A DNA stretch of 63,617 nucleotides, filler included, from Trichomonas gallinae (Eukaryota): the NCBI GenBank assembly GCA_008369845.1. It is 10 parts of 10 records of this genome, joined end to end, with 100 filler letters (N's around TTAATTAATTAA, not from the genome) between each part and the next. Parts side by side here need not be neighbours in the genome. Positions count along the whole stretch, not along the records: positions 1 to 11,631 come from MRSU01000489.1; positions 11,732 to 22,949 come from MRSU01000494.1; positions 23,050 to 29,274 come from MRSU01000495.1; 7 more parts are not named here. The stretch is one strand, 5' to 3'. Shown piece after piece: positions 11,560 through 23,153 of this stretch. Position numbers and translations under genes: made by a program. The number at the start of each line of letters is the position of its first letter. Position 1 is the first letter of the stretch. The notes under the pieces were generated by a model. That model was given only the letters and a program-made list of their open reading frames with translations. It had not been told where the DNA came from and did not search any database.

Positions 11560-11631
11560 GTCCCAGTAGTATATTGGTTAGAATGGATCCTTGACACGGA
11601 TCAGAGGCCAGTTCGATTCTGGCCTGGGACA
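11560..11631 (+). tRNA. tRNA-Val (anticodon GAC)
   Basis: Acceptor stem GTCCCAG/CTGGGAC plus discriminator A. Anticodon stem GATCC/GGATC with loop TT-GAC-AC. T arm GCCAG-TTCGATT-CTGGC. D loop contains TGG. Confidence 0.93.
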
Positions 11632-11731
11632 NNNNNNNNNNNNNNNNNNNNNNNNNNNNNNNNNNNNNNNNNNNNTTAATTAATTAANNNNNNNNNNNNN
11701 NNNNNNNNNNNNNNNNNNNNNNNNNNNNNNN
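11632..11731. other. Scaffold linker N44-TTAATTAATTAA-N44; identical linkers at 22950-23049, 29275-29374, 36619-36718, 44113-44212, 52958-53057, 57933-58032, 59303-59402 and 62323-62422
   Basis: The same 100-nt pattern with a six-frame stop spacer occurs at all nine gaps. Confidence 0.99.
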
Positions 11732-13167
11732 TGTGATAGAATTGACAGTGGAAGGGAACCACACGAGAATATGTAATGCGTGTGAAATTGCGTGCACTAC
11801 CTTTCTTGGGTTGTTTTTTAATTTAATTTTCATTCATGCGACATTAATTCATATAATCATAGAGTATGGCACATCTACTAAGTATTGTTGTATGCATCGT
11901 TTCAAATATTTGGATGAATAAGATCCCGAAGATATCAAATATTTGATGGATCGGAGCCAAATTCATAGTGAATATAGCTGATAAGCAATTTAGTCGATGC
12001 AAATTAATAAATTTTTTATGTTTAATTTAGAAAGTCTACTATTTCTAAGATTGCATTTTTTTGTCTGTACTAATTTATTCTCTCAATTTTTTTCAAAATT
12101 GTATTTTGCGAGTTTTTGGCTGTAAATTTGCCAATGTTAAACGATGAAACTAAATATTTTTAGATGGAGGATAATAATCATTTAATATATCTAATCATTT
12201 TTTACTCGTTTAAAATTTTAAAAGCATATGATTTGTGATCCAATCGGTATATATTTTACTGAAATGAAAATTTTATCATATAAAGTGAGGTAACTATTAA
12301 AGTGAAGTGTTTTTTTCTGACACACCTGAGTAGTGTGCGGGCAGAAAATTGTCGTAGAAAAGACTTAGAAATATGAAATTTAGATTGCAAGATATATGTT
12401 TATGAATGGATCTGCTGTTTATTTGCGGATTGCATTGACTTCACTTCATCAGATATCTATCGGACTTACCTCACTTATCGCATATAATACTTATTAAATC
12501 GAATAAGACTACATATTAACACGCATTTATCATAATTGAATGCTCTATTTGAAAAAATTCTTAGTGCCTATACAATTTTTAATTTTTAAAATTATTTTGA
12601 GTGCATGCAAAGTGTTCTAGAATCTAATGCTTTTTAATCAAATCATCATTACCTGGGTTCTCTCTGTGTAGTGTATTCAGACGTATCATTGTTTGAAGAG
12701 AAAGACTATGCCATTTTAAAAAATCAGAAATGAAAAGAATGAAATCTGTGGTCTTTGTGAATAAGATGAATAGAGTGAGCATGAAAAAGAGAAACTCACA
12801 ACTCATTCTGGAATTTGTAGCTTTACTGATAATCAATACAGAGATGGGTGTGGCATTTTAAGGTTAAATTCTGGTGAAGTTCATGAATATTAACTTTGAT
12901 GTGAAAAAATGTTGAAAAATATAATATATATTCCTACAAGATATCATATCATATAAAATAATTAGGGGTTTCTGCTGACACACTTCTCACACCTGTGAGA
13001 AATAACCCTTTGGCAGAAAATTTTCTATCCCTTTAATAGCATGAGGGATATGACAAATATAAATTACCATATATTCTTTTCAAAATTCGTCACTTTTGGG
13101 CGTTCCGGCGCCTCTTTATAAATGTTTGTATATAAATTATGTGAATAAAAATACACTTAAAACAAAA

Positions 13168-16100
13168 TTAATTTTCCTGTGGGGAATATCCAGTAAACAT
13201 GATTCCTCCTGGAGTGATTGAGACTATAACATTGAGTTTCTTTGAGTAGTGCAGAGATAGAATCCTCTCTGGAGCCTCAGCAAATAGTAGATTGCTTTGA
13301 TTAAGCTCGGCTACTTCATAATCTAACACTGACTTGCCATGAGTCTGCAGAATGTAATCGAATCCCTTAGAATCAGTGAATGTGATCGCATTTGATTCGA
13401 ATATCATATGCTTATTCATTGAGATTGAAGATACAACTGGAGCGGCGCTGTTAGTGGTAAACACACAAACTCGTCTTTCATTTTCCTGTCCAAAAAAGAC
13501 GACAATGAGCCCCCAACCAAATGTAATTAGAACCCTTCCATTGATTATATCAGATTCAGTTATATCAGGATAAATATCTTTGAGAGAAATGGTTCTAACA
13601 GTATTCTTCGAATTTAAGTTTGAAACAATCATTGTTCCGTCGAGCATCCAGCACACGAAAATCATAAATTCCTCGGATATAGCAATGCTTGTTATTCCTG
13701 CACGAAACATGTCAACTGTGGTATAAATGCTTCTGGAAACAGTATCATAGACAGTTGCGACACCTTCTGAGTCTCCAGTAATGATATAGTGTTGCGAAGA
13801 TGAGATACAAAGAATATCTGATTGAGAAATCGCAAATTTTGTGACTTTTGCATCAAGACAGATTTCATATATTTCCCTCTTGTTCTTATCGACTATGTAA
13901 AGACAATTGTTGCTAACGGCTTTCATTAAAGGGTCAAAATTGTAGCAAGAATCAGATAAACGGATTCTCTGTTGTAGACCTTTCTTTTCGCGCTCTTTCT
14001 CATCAATTATGTTTGTCGGTAATTTCATAATGCATACTCTGCAATCAGTAGTAATGAATGCAAACGTAAATTCAAGGTTGAGTTCTTCAATTATAGATCC
14101 TGTTATAATTTTGTCATCGATTCCGGATGGGATCTTGAATGATGATTTGTATGGCAAAGTATATTTGAATGATTTTTGTTGTCTTTTTGGATGAAGTGAT
14201 GAAAAAATTTTCCTTGGAATTTGCCCGCAAGTGGTTGTTTGTTCACTTATAAATTGTTCTTCATTTTTAATGTTTGGAAGATCCCAGACATTCGCATATA
14301 AAGCTTTCAGATAAACATTATTCGCTTCAATTGATTCTTGTTTCACACCAAACGTCAAATCGATCCACTCGTTAATATGCTCACTGACGTAGTCAGACTC
14401 CAAAGCCTTCCTCATTTTATAAACAAAAAGGAAAGGTGAACTGTTGGCCCATGGCGGCAGTTCGACTTCGCTAATATCTTTACCATCGCTAATGCCGAGG
14501 TCGAAGTTATTAGAATTCGACAAGAAGTCTGGTAAGAAGTAAAACTCTGGTATAAGTTCACTATATGAATTATTGTCAACAATATTAAGTTTATAGTGCA
14601 TTGCTATTGACTTGAATTGCCTATCAGGAGTATCAAATCTCCCACTCTGGTGGTCAATATGTAGCTTGGTGAATGGTTCCATTCTGACCATATAAACGTA
14701 GAGAGTCTGGTATGCCATAGGGCCATTATTGTATAAGTAAGGCATGAGCATTAAAAGGTCAGAGTTATCATTTTTAAGGTCATCATATTTTGCTCTGAGT
14801 TCCTTTAATCTCTTCTCATCCATCGCACCCATCGGTTTTGATAGAGGTCTGAATGATTTTGGATTGTTAAGATCAAGTATATCTGACTTATAGTCATCAA
14901 TAACCCATGGGAATATTGGGTATTGTGAAACATGATTAAATGAGCGTCCTGAATATTTATTTATTTCGAGAAGGTACTCAAAATTCGTAAGCTGTCGTTT
15001 CATCCATTTGTTTGTTGCTCCGCTAGACTCGAAGAATGATTGAAAATCTGATGTCTGCACAGCTGCTGTAGGTATTTTCTTTTTCAAATCTTTTAATATT
15101 GTTATTGATGAAGAGTTGGGGAAGTTGACGAAATAAGAATCTCCATTTTTGACAAAAATTTCCAAAGCTGTTAACTTGTGAAAAACAGTTCTCCAGAAAA
15201 TCGATTCTACATCTTTAAAAGGTATAATGTGAGCTCCTTTGTTCTCTCTTTGTATACAAAACTCGAAATTATTATAGTTGAATGATGCAACTGTTGTGTG
15301 GGCAACAGTGACGAGGATGCATTCGAGCCTGTTTGGATATTTTATTATAGAGTTATTTTCGTTGTTGTGCTCAGGTTGGATTGTAAGCAATTCGGATTTT
15401 TCTTTCAATCCTATTTGTTCAGCTAATTCTGCTTCTTTTACTTTCTTCATTGCTGTTGATACATTCCCTGTGTTCCTCATTTCAGATGCCATCTTGTGAA
15501 TATCAAAGTGATAATTTCGTTTAGCTTTTGCGGGGTAACCTTTGCATAAGCAGTTATCTCTCTTGTAATACGCTGTTCTTTGCGATGCTGGTAAAGACAT
15601 GAACCATGGAGCCCTATTCATTGTAAGTTCATGCCATAGTTTAGCCCAAAGTGCCTTTTGGGACAAGAGATTATTTGATTCCTCCGAACTAAATCTCATC
15701 AATAATTGCTCGGCGATGAGATGAAAGTCATTACTCAAAATATTATTGACTGAAAGATGTTCTGCTAGTTTTGTTGCATTCTTTTGATCATCATCAAGTA
15801 CTTCTACGAAAGATATAATTTCATCCAAAAAAGCAGGGAGATTTTGATATATTTCTTGAAAGAAAATGTTAATCTCATTAAAATTCTCTGTGTATGATTT
15901 TCTGTTCATTTCTGAACTTAGCACGATAGATGGAAATGCATTTGTTTGATAAGTTTTATAAATATAATCAATTGCTTTGCGATGTTTTATCAAATAATCT
16001 TTCATTTTAACGAAGAAGTCGAAATCATTCCAGCTGCCATCTTCTTCTATTGCCATGTCTGAAAACATTCTAATTGTAAAGTTCTGTATGAAATCTCTTA

Positions 16101-19100
16101 CCGTACAATCGATATCTACGTATGAAACAGATGACAACTGAAAAGTTGATATCTTGGATAATGGAATTTTGATTGTACTCCTTATCATCTCAGAAATATT
16201 CTCAAGGGACTGACTTAAACTTCTTATACATATATCACCTTTACTAGGTTTTCTAGCGTTGTTTGTAGTAAAATTGACAGAAAAAGAAGACTTTGAATAA
16301 ATAGTTTGAAGGGATGGAGATAATGAATTGTTCAAAGACTTTGATGATTCAATGATTGTATAGAAGAAATAGCGTAAAATTAATGCTTCGAATAGCTCGG
16401 AGTACTTTGGCAAAGTTGGAATTATCTCTGCGATTGTTGTGAGCATCAGACGTTGCATCTCTCGCATATTATATTCAAGTATCAATGAAATTGATATGAT
16501 TGTATTCATTATAGTATTCCATCCATCTGGTGTGCTTAAAAGAAGAAACTTCAACAATTTTATCTTTTGCTCTTGACTGGGCAAATTGAAAAGCATAAGC
16601 ACAGGCCACTCATACCAAATCATACTCTCGACAAAAAATTTTGATGATGGTTTAAAACCCAGAATAATATCATAAATTTCGTCCTGTTGTAGTTGTAGCG
16701 CCATCCAGCATAAAACTGTGAGCAATGTAGGAAGTTTCGTCCTGCACATTTCTGCTAGTTTGGTAAACAATTCTTTGCTTGGCTGGAAATCATGTTCTAT
16801 TTCGCGCAATACAATCGTGTAATAATTAAATGCTGTTATCTTCTGGGAATTTGATATTTCACCGATAATCATAAAAATAAGCATAACAATATCATTATCT
16901 GTTTCAAGAAGTAGGAATCTAAGGAGTAGAAGAGGTCGCATTGCATCAGCATATGAATTTTTGATACGAACTAATAAGTCGTATGTGAATTGAAGCAACT
17001 GTTTTCTTATCATGTTATCATTGCAACTGATTATTTCATGTGTGAGAATTTCGAAATCTTTAGAGTCAAGATTCGTTTCCTTTGAAATCCTAAGGAATGC
17101 CTTTAACAAATTTTGTCTAACAATATTAAGGTTGTATCGAGATCTTTCTGCAATTGATTCAGTACTTATTGGGTAGCAATATAGTTTCAAAAAAGTTGCA
17201 AACCACCAAAATTTCCTAATGCTTCCAAACTCTCGTGAATTAGTAATAGCAAGCCGTTCTGCCCATGAATGAGTGACATGATGGACAACTTCAGGATTGC
17301 TTCCCATCCATAATGTAGGATTTGTCAATATAATGAGTATCAGGTCCTCAATTGTCTTTTTATAAGTTAATTTGCTCAACATATTAATAAATAAATCATA
17401 CAAATTTGTTGAAATATAAACTGGAAATTGTTGAATAAAGAACGCAATGATTGAAAAACCATTATCAAACATCACTTGAGCTTGTAAATTCAATGATAGA
17501 ATTCGAAGGATAATTTGCATTGATCGCATAAACGAATCAGCAACTTTGTTTCCACGTTGGTCTTCAAGACTGCACTGAGCAAGAAGTGGAATCAACGATT
17601 TGGCACTTCCATGAGAAGCTATAATGCCAGGAAGTGATTGAATGGTGTGAACAATGAAACTTTTATACTTAATATCAAAAGATTCACCTATCATCAAATA
17701 ATTACTGGATAAAGCAGGAATTGCATACATCAAAAACTTAGCCTTATAGCTACTCAATGCTCGAGGTCCATCTTTATAATATTCTGAAAGATCTGTGTTT
17801 GGGAGGCAAATAGAGATAGGCCCAATGTAGTATTGTTCACACTCTTTGTTTTCACCAAATGTTAATCTCATCTTGCCTTCTTTGTTAAGTGGCAGTTGAG
17901 GAATTTCTATCAATGTTGCATTATTTTCATTGATGCGAACCAATATTTGAATGCTGGCTGGATTGCTTTGCGGTTGTGCTTGAATAGAGAAAGTTATGAA
18001 ATCCCAGGAATTTATTTTCATATTAATGCTTTTGTTTTCTGTTTTCTGGTCATATGATATGGAAATCAAATCATATCTGATACTGATTTTGATAGATTTG
18101 TTAGATGAGAGAGTTATTTTAAAAATTTGTACAAGGTTGGTTGTGTAACACATTGGAAGAAGCCAAACCGCAACTTTGAATCCGGAAACCAGCAAAAATT
18201 CATGGATATTCATGAACGTAATTTCAGAATTTTCTGTATAAGGAAGAGCAACACATGGTTGATGACTTATTCTCTCAAGAATATTCTCAAAACATTTTAG
18301 AGCTCGATTGTAGTAGCTTGGAAGATACGCATTCGAAATTGGACAGAAAAGTGATACAAACCTCATTGCAGTTACGATGCTCGAAGATCTAAATGAAATG
18401 GTTTCAAAAAGTAAAAAAAGAGCATCTATAGCTTTTGGATCAATAAGATTAGCATTTTCGTCTATAGGACTATCTTCTTTGATAGATATTGTTGGATCAA
18501 TCTTTGTTGATTCTATTATCTGTAGAATATCAAGATCGATCTCGTATCTGTTGCAAATAACACAATTTAACGCATCTTCAAGACAGTCATGATTGATTTC
18601 ATTAATGATATTGACAAATGCAGAAGAATATTTGAACACAGCGAATATTAAAGTTATAAATTTTGGATTGAAAAACTCTTTTCTAGGCGTAAGAGGATCA
18701 TAACGATAAAGGCATTCCTTTATCACTGTTGCAATTTCAAGTGATGGATTGAATCCATAGACATTATTGATCCACTGAGAAAGTTTCTTAACTTGCTTGT
18801 CTGTTATAAAGTTTTTTGTTTTGTGACTTAATGGATTCAGAAGAGTGAATAATTTCAAAAGTTTTTCTATTAATGAATTTTTGTTATTAGAAATATCGTG
18901 TAAATCATCCAATATCGTCGAAAAAAATTGATAGAAATAATCAGCAAGCTCGGGATGATTTCTAAGTAGTTCAATTGAGAAATTGGTGGCTATGGACATT
19001 ATCTCTTGTTGAATTGGACTTTTCTGCATGAAGTATAGCAGAACTTTAATTCGTGTATCGAATGCTGTCAGCAGTGAATTTATTTTTTCTCGACTTTGCT

Positions 19101-20736
19101 TAAATAATATCTGCAACTCATCAAGAATGTAGTTGATTAATGGTGGTTCCATTATCATGTGACATAGATCATCTGCAAGATTTGAACTATTTGACATTAA
19201 TTTGAGCAGATATCCTTTCACATTTATGAGATGTATTAAGTTAAATAGTTCGCGCCTAAAAATGTTAGCCATTTTGCATAACTCTCCAATTCCATCAAAG
19301 CAAACCATACTGTTTGATCTTTCAATCAATAAATGAAGGAAGCTTTCAATGTTTGAAGCTATGTCCGAATGAATTTGTTGTTTTTCAATTCGCGCGAACA
19401 ATTCAGGAATAATTTGTTCCAAGCTCGCAATAATATCCTTTAATGTTGTAGGAAATAGCTCGAAACATTTCATAAATGTGTTTAGATCCAATTTTGGATT
19501 GATTATAAATTGATAGATGCAATGAAAACGGAGAGAATGTATTACATCAAAGTTCTGCATGTTATCTGTGAGTCTATCGCTAAAAATCGATGAAGTGAAA
19601 AAATTGAAGGGTAGCTTCTTAATTTTAATAAATAAATCTAAGAGAAACGCTGTGTAATCGCATAATCCTACAGAAAATTCAAATGTAGGCATAAAAAGAT
19701 TTTGTACAAACTCTTCATATTTGTCATCAGATAAAGAGATCAAATATTTTGCAAGAAGATCAATTATTGGTGTGAAAGTATGGTTATATAGTTGATCTAA
19801 AGGTATTATATTATAATGATGTATATCTTCACTTACAAAATAATATGTTTCGGTAAATGTAGTCGCTGTTGGAATGGTTGATTGACGCTGCAGAGAAGAG
19901 AAAGTTGATGATTGTGGTAAATTAGTAAAATCTAATAAATTTATAGTATTAGATCCACTCATAGACTTGATAATAAAATCGGGTATGTTTCCAATTGCAT
20001 TTTTAAACATATTTGACTCTGGATACTTGCTGAATAGCTTTATAAGAAGATCTGTATAAGAATAATTGATTTCTTTCGAGCCATTGCTCAGTTCAATCAT
20101 CACATATTCGAAAATTGGAATATATATGTTTTTTTCTGCTGAATCAGCAATTTTGAAAAGGTTGTCGTATGATATTTTATTTTTAGCTGATAATGCTATA
20201 TGATTTTGTATAACTTTAAAATATAAAATAAAATCGTTTCCAATTGTTCGCGATCCAGCGATGAATGTCAATAATAAATCGATAATTTGTTGTGAATCAT
20301 CTATGAAAAGATGCTGATATGTATATAATAGCAGGTAAAATAATGAATTCACTAGCTGCAAATGAGGCCCAGACATAGTTTCGGAAGAAACACGCAAACT
20401 TATTAAAATACTAAGAAGTATTGTTATTTCTTTCTTTTTGATAGATTCTTGTTGAAATATGATGATTGTGCCATGAAATAAAATGTAATATTCGCAAAAT
20501 ATTGGATTTTCTTTATAATAATTCATTGCATTCTGAATATTTTTAATATTAAACTCTATTTTCGATTCTGAAGCGAGGCTTTTGTAATCAAATGTTCGAA
20601 AATATTGAATCGCTTGTTTATCTGGAGGAAAGTTTACACTTTCGAAGAAAGAATCTGCTGCTTTGCTGAGCCCTTTGCGAGATACTTTCATTTCGGCGAT
20701 TTCACTCGTAAACTCTTGCTCATCAATTATCAACAT
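13168..20736 (-). CDS. BEACH domain protein (ConA-like, PH, BEACH, WD40)
   Basis: KWMKRQLTNFEYLLEINKYSGRSFN..QYPIFPWVI..SELIPEFYFLPDFL..LPPWA..RKALESDYVSEHINEWIDLTFG..GQIPRKIF, with C-terminal WD-like repeats. First ATG is at 20736; the ORF track start is a TTG. Confidence 0.97.
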   Translation of the reverse strand: MLIIDEQEFTSEIAEMKVSRKGLSKAADSFFESVNFPPDKQAIQYFRTFDYKSLASESKIEFNIKNIQNAMNYYKENPIFCEYYILFHGTIIIFQQESIKKKEITILLSILISLRVSSETMSGPHLQLVNSLFYLLLYTYQHLFIDDSQQIIDLLLTFIAGSRTIGNDFILYFKVIQNHIALSAKNKISYDNLFKIADSAEKNIYIPIFEYVMIELSNGSKEINYSYTDLLIKLFSKYPESNMFKNAIGNIPDFIIKSMSGSNTINLLDFTNLPQSSTFSSLQRQSTIPTATTFTETYYFVSEDIHHYNIIPLDQLYNHTFTPIIDLLAKYLISLSDDKYEEFVQNLFMPTFEFSVGLCDYTAFLLDLFIKIKKLPFNFFTSSIFSDRLTDNMQNFDVIHSLRFHCIYQFIINPKLDLNTFMKCFELFPTTLKDIIASLEQIIPELFARIEKQQIHSDIASNIESFLHLLIERSNSMVCFDGIGELCKMANIFRRELFNLIHLINVKGYLLKLMSNSSNLADDLCHMIMEPPLINYILDELQILFKQSREKINSLLTAFDTRIKVLLYFMQKSPIQQEIMSIATNFSIELLRNHPELADYFYQFFSTILDDLHDISNNKNSLIEKLLKLFTLLNPLSHKTKNFITDKQVKKLSQWINNVYGFNPSLEIATVIKECLYRYDPLTPRKEFFNPKFITLIFAVFKYSSAFVNIINEINHDCLEDALNCVICNRYEIDLDILQIIESTKIDPTISIKEDSPIDENANLIDPKAIDALFLLFETISFRSSSIVTAMRFVSLFCPISNAYLPSYYNRALKCFENILERISHQPCVALPYTENSEITFMNIHEFLLVSGFKVAVWLLPMCYTTNLVQIFKITLSSNKSIKISIRYDLISISYDQKTENKSINMKINSWDFITFSIQAQPQSNPASIQILVRINENNATLIEIPQLPLNKEGKMRLTFGENKECEQYYIGPISICLPNTDLSEYYKDGPRALSSYKAKFLMYAIPALSSNYLMIGESFDIKYKSFIVHTIQSLPGIIASHGSAKSLIPLLAQCSLEDQRGNKVADSFMRSMQIILRILSLNLQAQVMFDNGFSIIAFFIQQFPVYISTNLYDLFINMLSKLTYKKTIEDLILIILTNPTLWMGSNPEVVHHVTHSWAERLAITNSREFGSIRKFWWFATFLKLYCYPISTESIAERSRYNLNIVRQNLLKAFLRISKETNLDSKDFEILTHEIISCNDNMIRKQLLQFTYDLLVRIKNSYADAMRPLLLLRFLLLETDNDIVMLIFMIIGEISNSQKITAFNYYTIVLREIEHDFQPSKELFTKLAEMCRTKLPTLLTVLCWMALQLQQDEIYDIILGFKPSSKFFVESMIWYEWPVLMLFNLPSQEQKIKLLKFLLLSTPDGWNTIMNTIISISLILEYNMREMQRLMLTTIAEIIPTLPKYSELFEALILRYFFYTIIESSKSLNNSLSPSLQTIYSKSSFSVNFTTNNARKPSKGDICIRSLSQSLENISEMIRSTIKIPLSKISTFQLSSVSYVDIDCTVRDFIQNFTIRMFSDMAIEEDGSWNDFDFFVKMKDYLIKHRKAIDYIYKTYQTNAFPSIVLSSEMNRKSYTENFNEINIFFQEIYQNLPAFLDEIISFVEVLDDDQKNATKLAEHLSVNNILSNDFHLIAEQLLMRFSSEESNNLLSQKALWAKLWHELTMNRAPWFMSLPASQRTAYYKRDNCLCKGYPAKAKRNYHFDIHKMASEMRNTGNVSTAMKKVKEAELAEQIGLKEKSELLTIQPEHNNENNSIIKYPNRLECILVTVAHTTVASFNYNNFEFCIQRENKGAHIIPFKDVESIFWRTVFHKLTALEIFVKNGDSYFVNFPNSSSITILKDLKKKIPTAAVQTSDFQSFFESSGATNKWMKRQLTNFEYLLEINKYSGRSFNHVSQYPIFPWVIDDYKSDILDLNNPKSFRPLSKPMGAMDEKRLKELRAKYDDLKNDNSDLLMLMPYLYNNGPMAYQTLYVYMVRMEPFTKLHIDHQSGRFDTPDRQFKSIAMHYKLNIVDNNSYSELIPEFYFLPDFLSNSNNFDLGISDGKDISEVELPPWANSSPFLFVYKMRKALESDYVSEHINEWIDLTFGVKQESIEANNVYLKALYANVWDLPNIKNEEQFISEQTTTCGQIPRKIFSSLHPKRQQKSFKYTLPYKSSFKIPSGIDDKIITGSIIEELNLEFTFAFITTDCRVCIMKLPTNIIDEKEREKKGLQQRIRLSDSCYNFDPLMKAVSNNCLYIVDKNKREIYEICLDAKVTKFAISQSDILCISSSQHYIITGDSEGVATVYDTVSRSIYTTVDMFRAGITSIAISEEFMIFVCWMLDGTMIVSNLNSKNTVRTISLKDIYPDITESDIINGRVLITFGWGLIVVFFGQENERRVCVFTTNSAAPVVSSISMNKHMIFESNAITFTDSKGFDYILQTHGKSVLDYEVAELNQSNLLFAEAPERILSLHYSKKLNVIVSITPGGIMFTGYSPQEN

Positions 20737-22904
20737 CAAATGCAAAAATCAAAAAAAAAAAATTCATTTATATTCATAAAACATCTCTTAAAATATATAT
20801 TTGAGGACTTAACTTTATTTTAGTAAACTCTCAATTGCAGTCAGGGAGGATTTGGAATGAGATAGGAATTTTAATTCGACTTCCCATGTTACAGATTAAT
20901 AAAAGTGGGATTCGTTTCGCTTAGGTTTTTAGTTACATATCAAATAAAGTCAAATGATATATATTTTGCCGTGTAAAATAGTATTTTGACGCGTAAAAAT
21001 GTCAATTTTTGATTATACGAAATATGGAAAGAAAAATGAAGTTGATACAAATGGCTAATGCTGCATCAAAACATCGCGCAAACTGCAGGATAACAATAGC
21101 ATGCTTGTACTTTTTATGATAACTCAGCTTACAATATTGAATCTCTTTTGCTGAGTCCAAAATAGTTAACTGCAAAATATTCACAAAATGGTTAACTCAC
21201 CAAAAAGTGACACCGTTTACTCATAGTGTTTTTGTCCACAATGAAAAGGGGGAAAAAAAAAAACTTTGCATGCGCGTACATGGATTTCAATATGAAACCT
21301 TGTTTTAAAAAAAATAATGCACTTTTTTGCAAAAATTTTTTCCAATTTTCTAGGCAAATTCGCATCTGTAAAAGAATATTTAATTGCATCTCTTTAAAAA
21401 AATTAATTAGACATCAATTTATAGTTCAACGCATGGCATGCACCCCCCACCCACCCATTGAAAGCGAAAGTTTCTTGTTATGAATTTCTTTCGAGAACCT
21501 GATAAGGTTATCCTGCGTCAAAGGTAAAACTTTAGAGGGAGTGTTTAACCAAATATAAAGGGTTTGCTTCTGGTAGTCACCCTTTTTTTTTTGAAAATCT
21601 AATTTCTGTTGAACGATTATAGAGATTGGATGTAATATAAGCTAATTCGTAGAGAGATTTCGCAAAAAGAAAACGAAATGTTTTGATAAAATTATGATTT
21701 CAAGTAAAAGCAAGTATTTATATAAGAATAATCGATATGGTAGATTGATTGTAATTCTGGTTAGATAAGATTAACTGCAAATAACAACAAAAAGAATTGT
21801 ATGGCGGAAGCAGTTGGGGATGTTTGGTTAGATTGGATCTTCTCATCCAAAATTGATTCATACACTAGAAAACTGCTGTTCCGGGTAATTTTTTGTGTTT
21901 TGTACTAGGCTCGAAGGATTTGCCGACAAAGCAGGCCGTGAGCTTGACGGAGCGCTGCTATTCTCGTGTGGTTTCTATATAGCTTAGCTATATAGCTAAG
22001 TATCATTTTCTTAGCTGAATGAAATAAAAGTTTCAAAATAAAAAAAAACGTGATTCTATTGTATTTCCCTTCGTTTGCGAGCAATAGGTAGACGGAAGTC
22101 TAGTAGAGTGCATATCTGGACTAAGGTTAGCCTTATGAATATGAATCTAGTAGGTGCTCATATTTGCAGGCAAATTACGACAGAATGCGTGGTGAATATG
22201 GCATCATCTCTTGAATACAGGCGAGAAATCCATAGTTTGTAATCGTGAGATCTGTCGTTGAATCTGCGTCAAATTTTCAGCAGTATAATGCATTCCATAA
22301 GCGGAATTTTAAATTGTAAACACGCATAAGTAGCTGTCCTCTCAGCAAATTAATGGAAAAAGAAAAAAATACGTCGACTAATCATATTTTAAAGATTTTT
22401 AACTTAAAAATCAAAACTGTGTAAAAGTATATGCAGTTTTCCCCATAATCTTATGAAATGAAAGCCAAGAAACCGGGGAATGAATTCTACACTACGATAA
22501 ATAATTTGAATAAGAATTGTATACGATGATTTAAAATTATTTTGGGATAGATGATAGCTTATTGTTGTAATGCTTATCATTTTCGAATTAAATGGAAGAA
22601 TGACGAGATATTGATTATTGTACTAATAAAATTGCTAATGAAAGTCATAATACTAGGTCAGATGCATTTTGCCAGCAGTTATAATCTGAGATCAGTGCAA
22701 ATTATTGGACTGCAAATGAGGGAATATCGTCTGTGAGCATTTTAAAATCTAGTTTACAAAAAAACGTTATTAAAAACAATGCTATTTAAATAGGAATTAA
22801 AGTAGAATATTAATTAGTAAAGACAACAACTCAAAAATCGAAAATCTTGATCCATTCAATTTTTCAAAATTGTTCAAATGCAGGAACACCGTTTGAATAA
22901 TTGA

Positions 22905-23153
22905 ATGGAACAAGATTGGCGATTTTTGGTAAGACTTTTGAGAGAATTGNNNNNNNNNNNNNNNNNNNNNNNNNNNNNNNNNNNNNNNNNNNNTTAATTA
23001 ATTAANNNNNNNNNNNNNNNNNNNNNNNNNNNNNNNNNNNNNNNNNNNNGCAAGAAAAGGACTGGAGATGGAGTTGCTCGTGAAGCGATTCTTCAAGTCC
23101 GAAAATTGAATACTGACATTTTTCAGCCGCCCGAGAATGTTTTCAATTTTTGA
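22905..23153 (+). CDS. Possible gene interrupted by a scaffold gap (MEQDWRFLVRLLREL ... KKRTGDGVAREAILQVRKLNTDIFQPPENVFNF*)
   Basis: An ATG-initiated frame runs into the gap and an open frame leaves it and ends at TGA 23151-23153. Continuity across the gap is unproven. Confidence 0.3.

Noticed and set aside
11676..11687. TTAATTAATTAA palindrome recurring nine times
   Set aside because: It is an artificial linker centred in N-runs, not biology.
13002..13009. ATAACCCT resembling a telomerase template
   Set aside because: It covers barely one repeat, with no alignment region or other telomerase RNA features.
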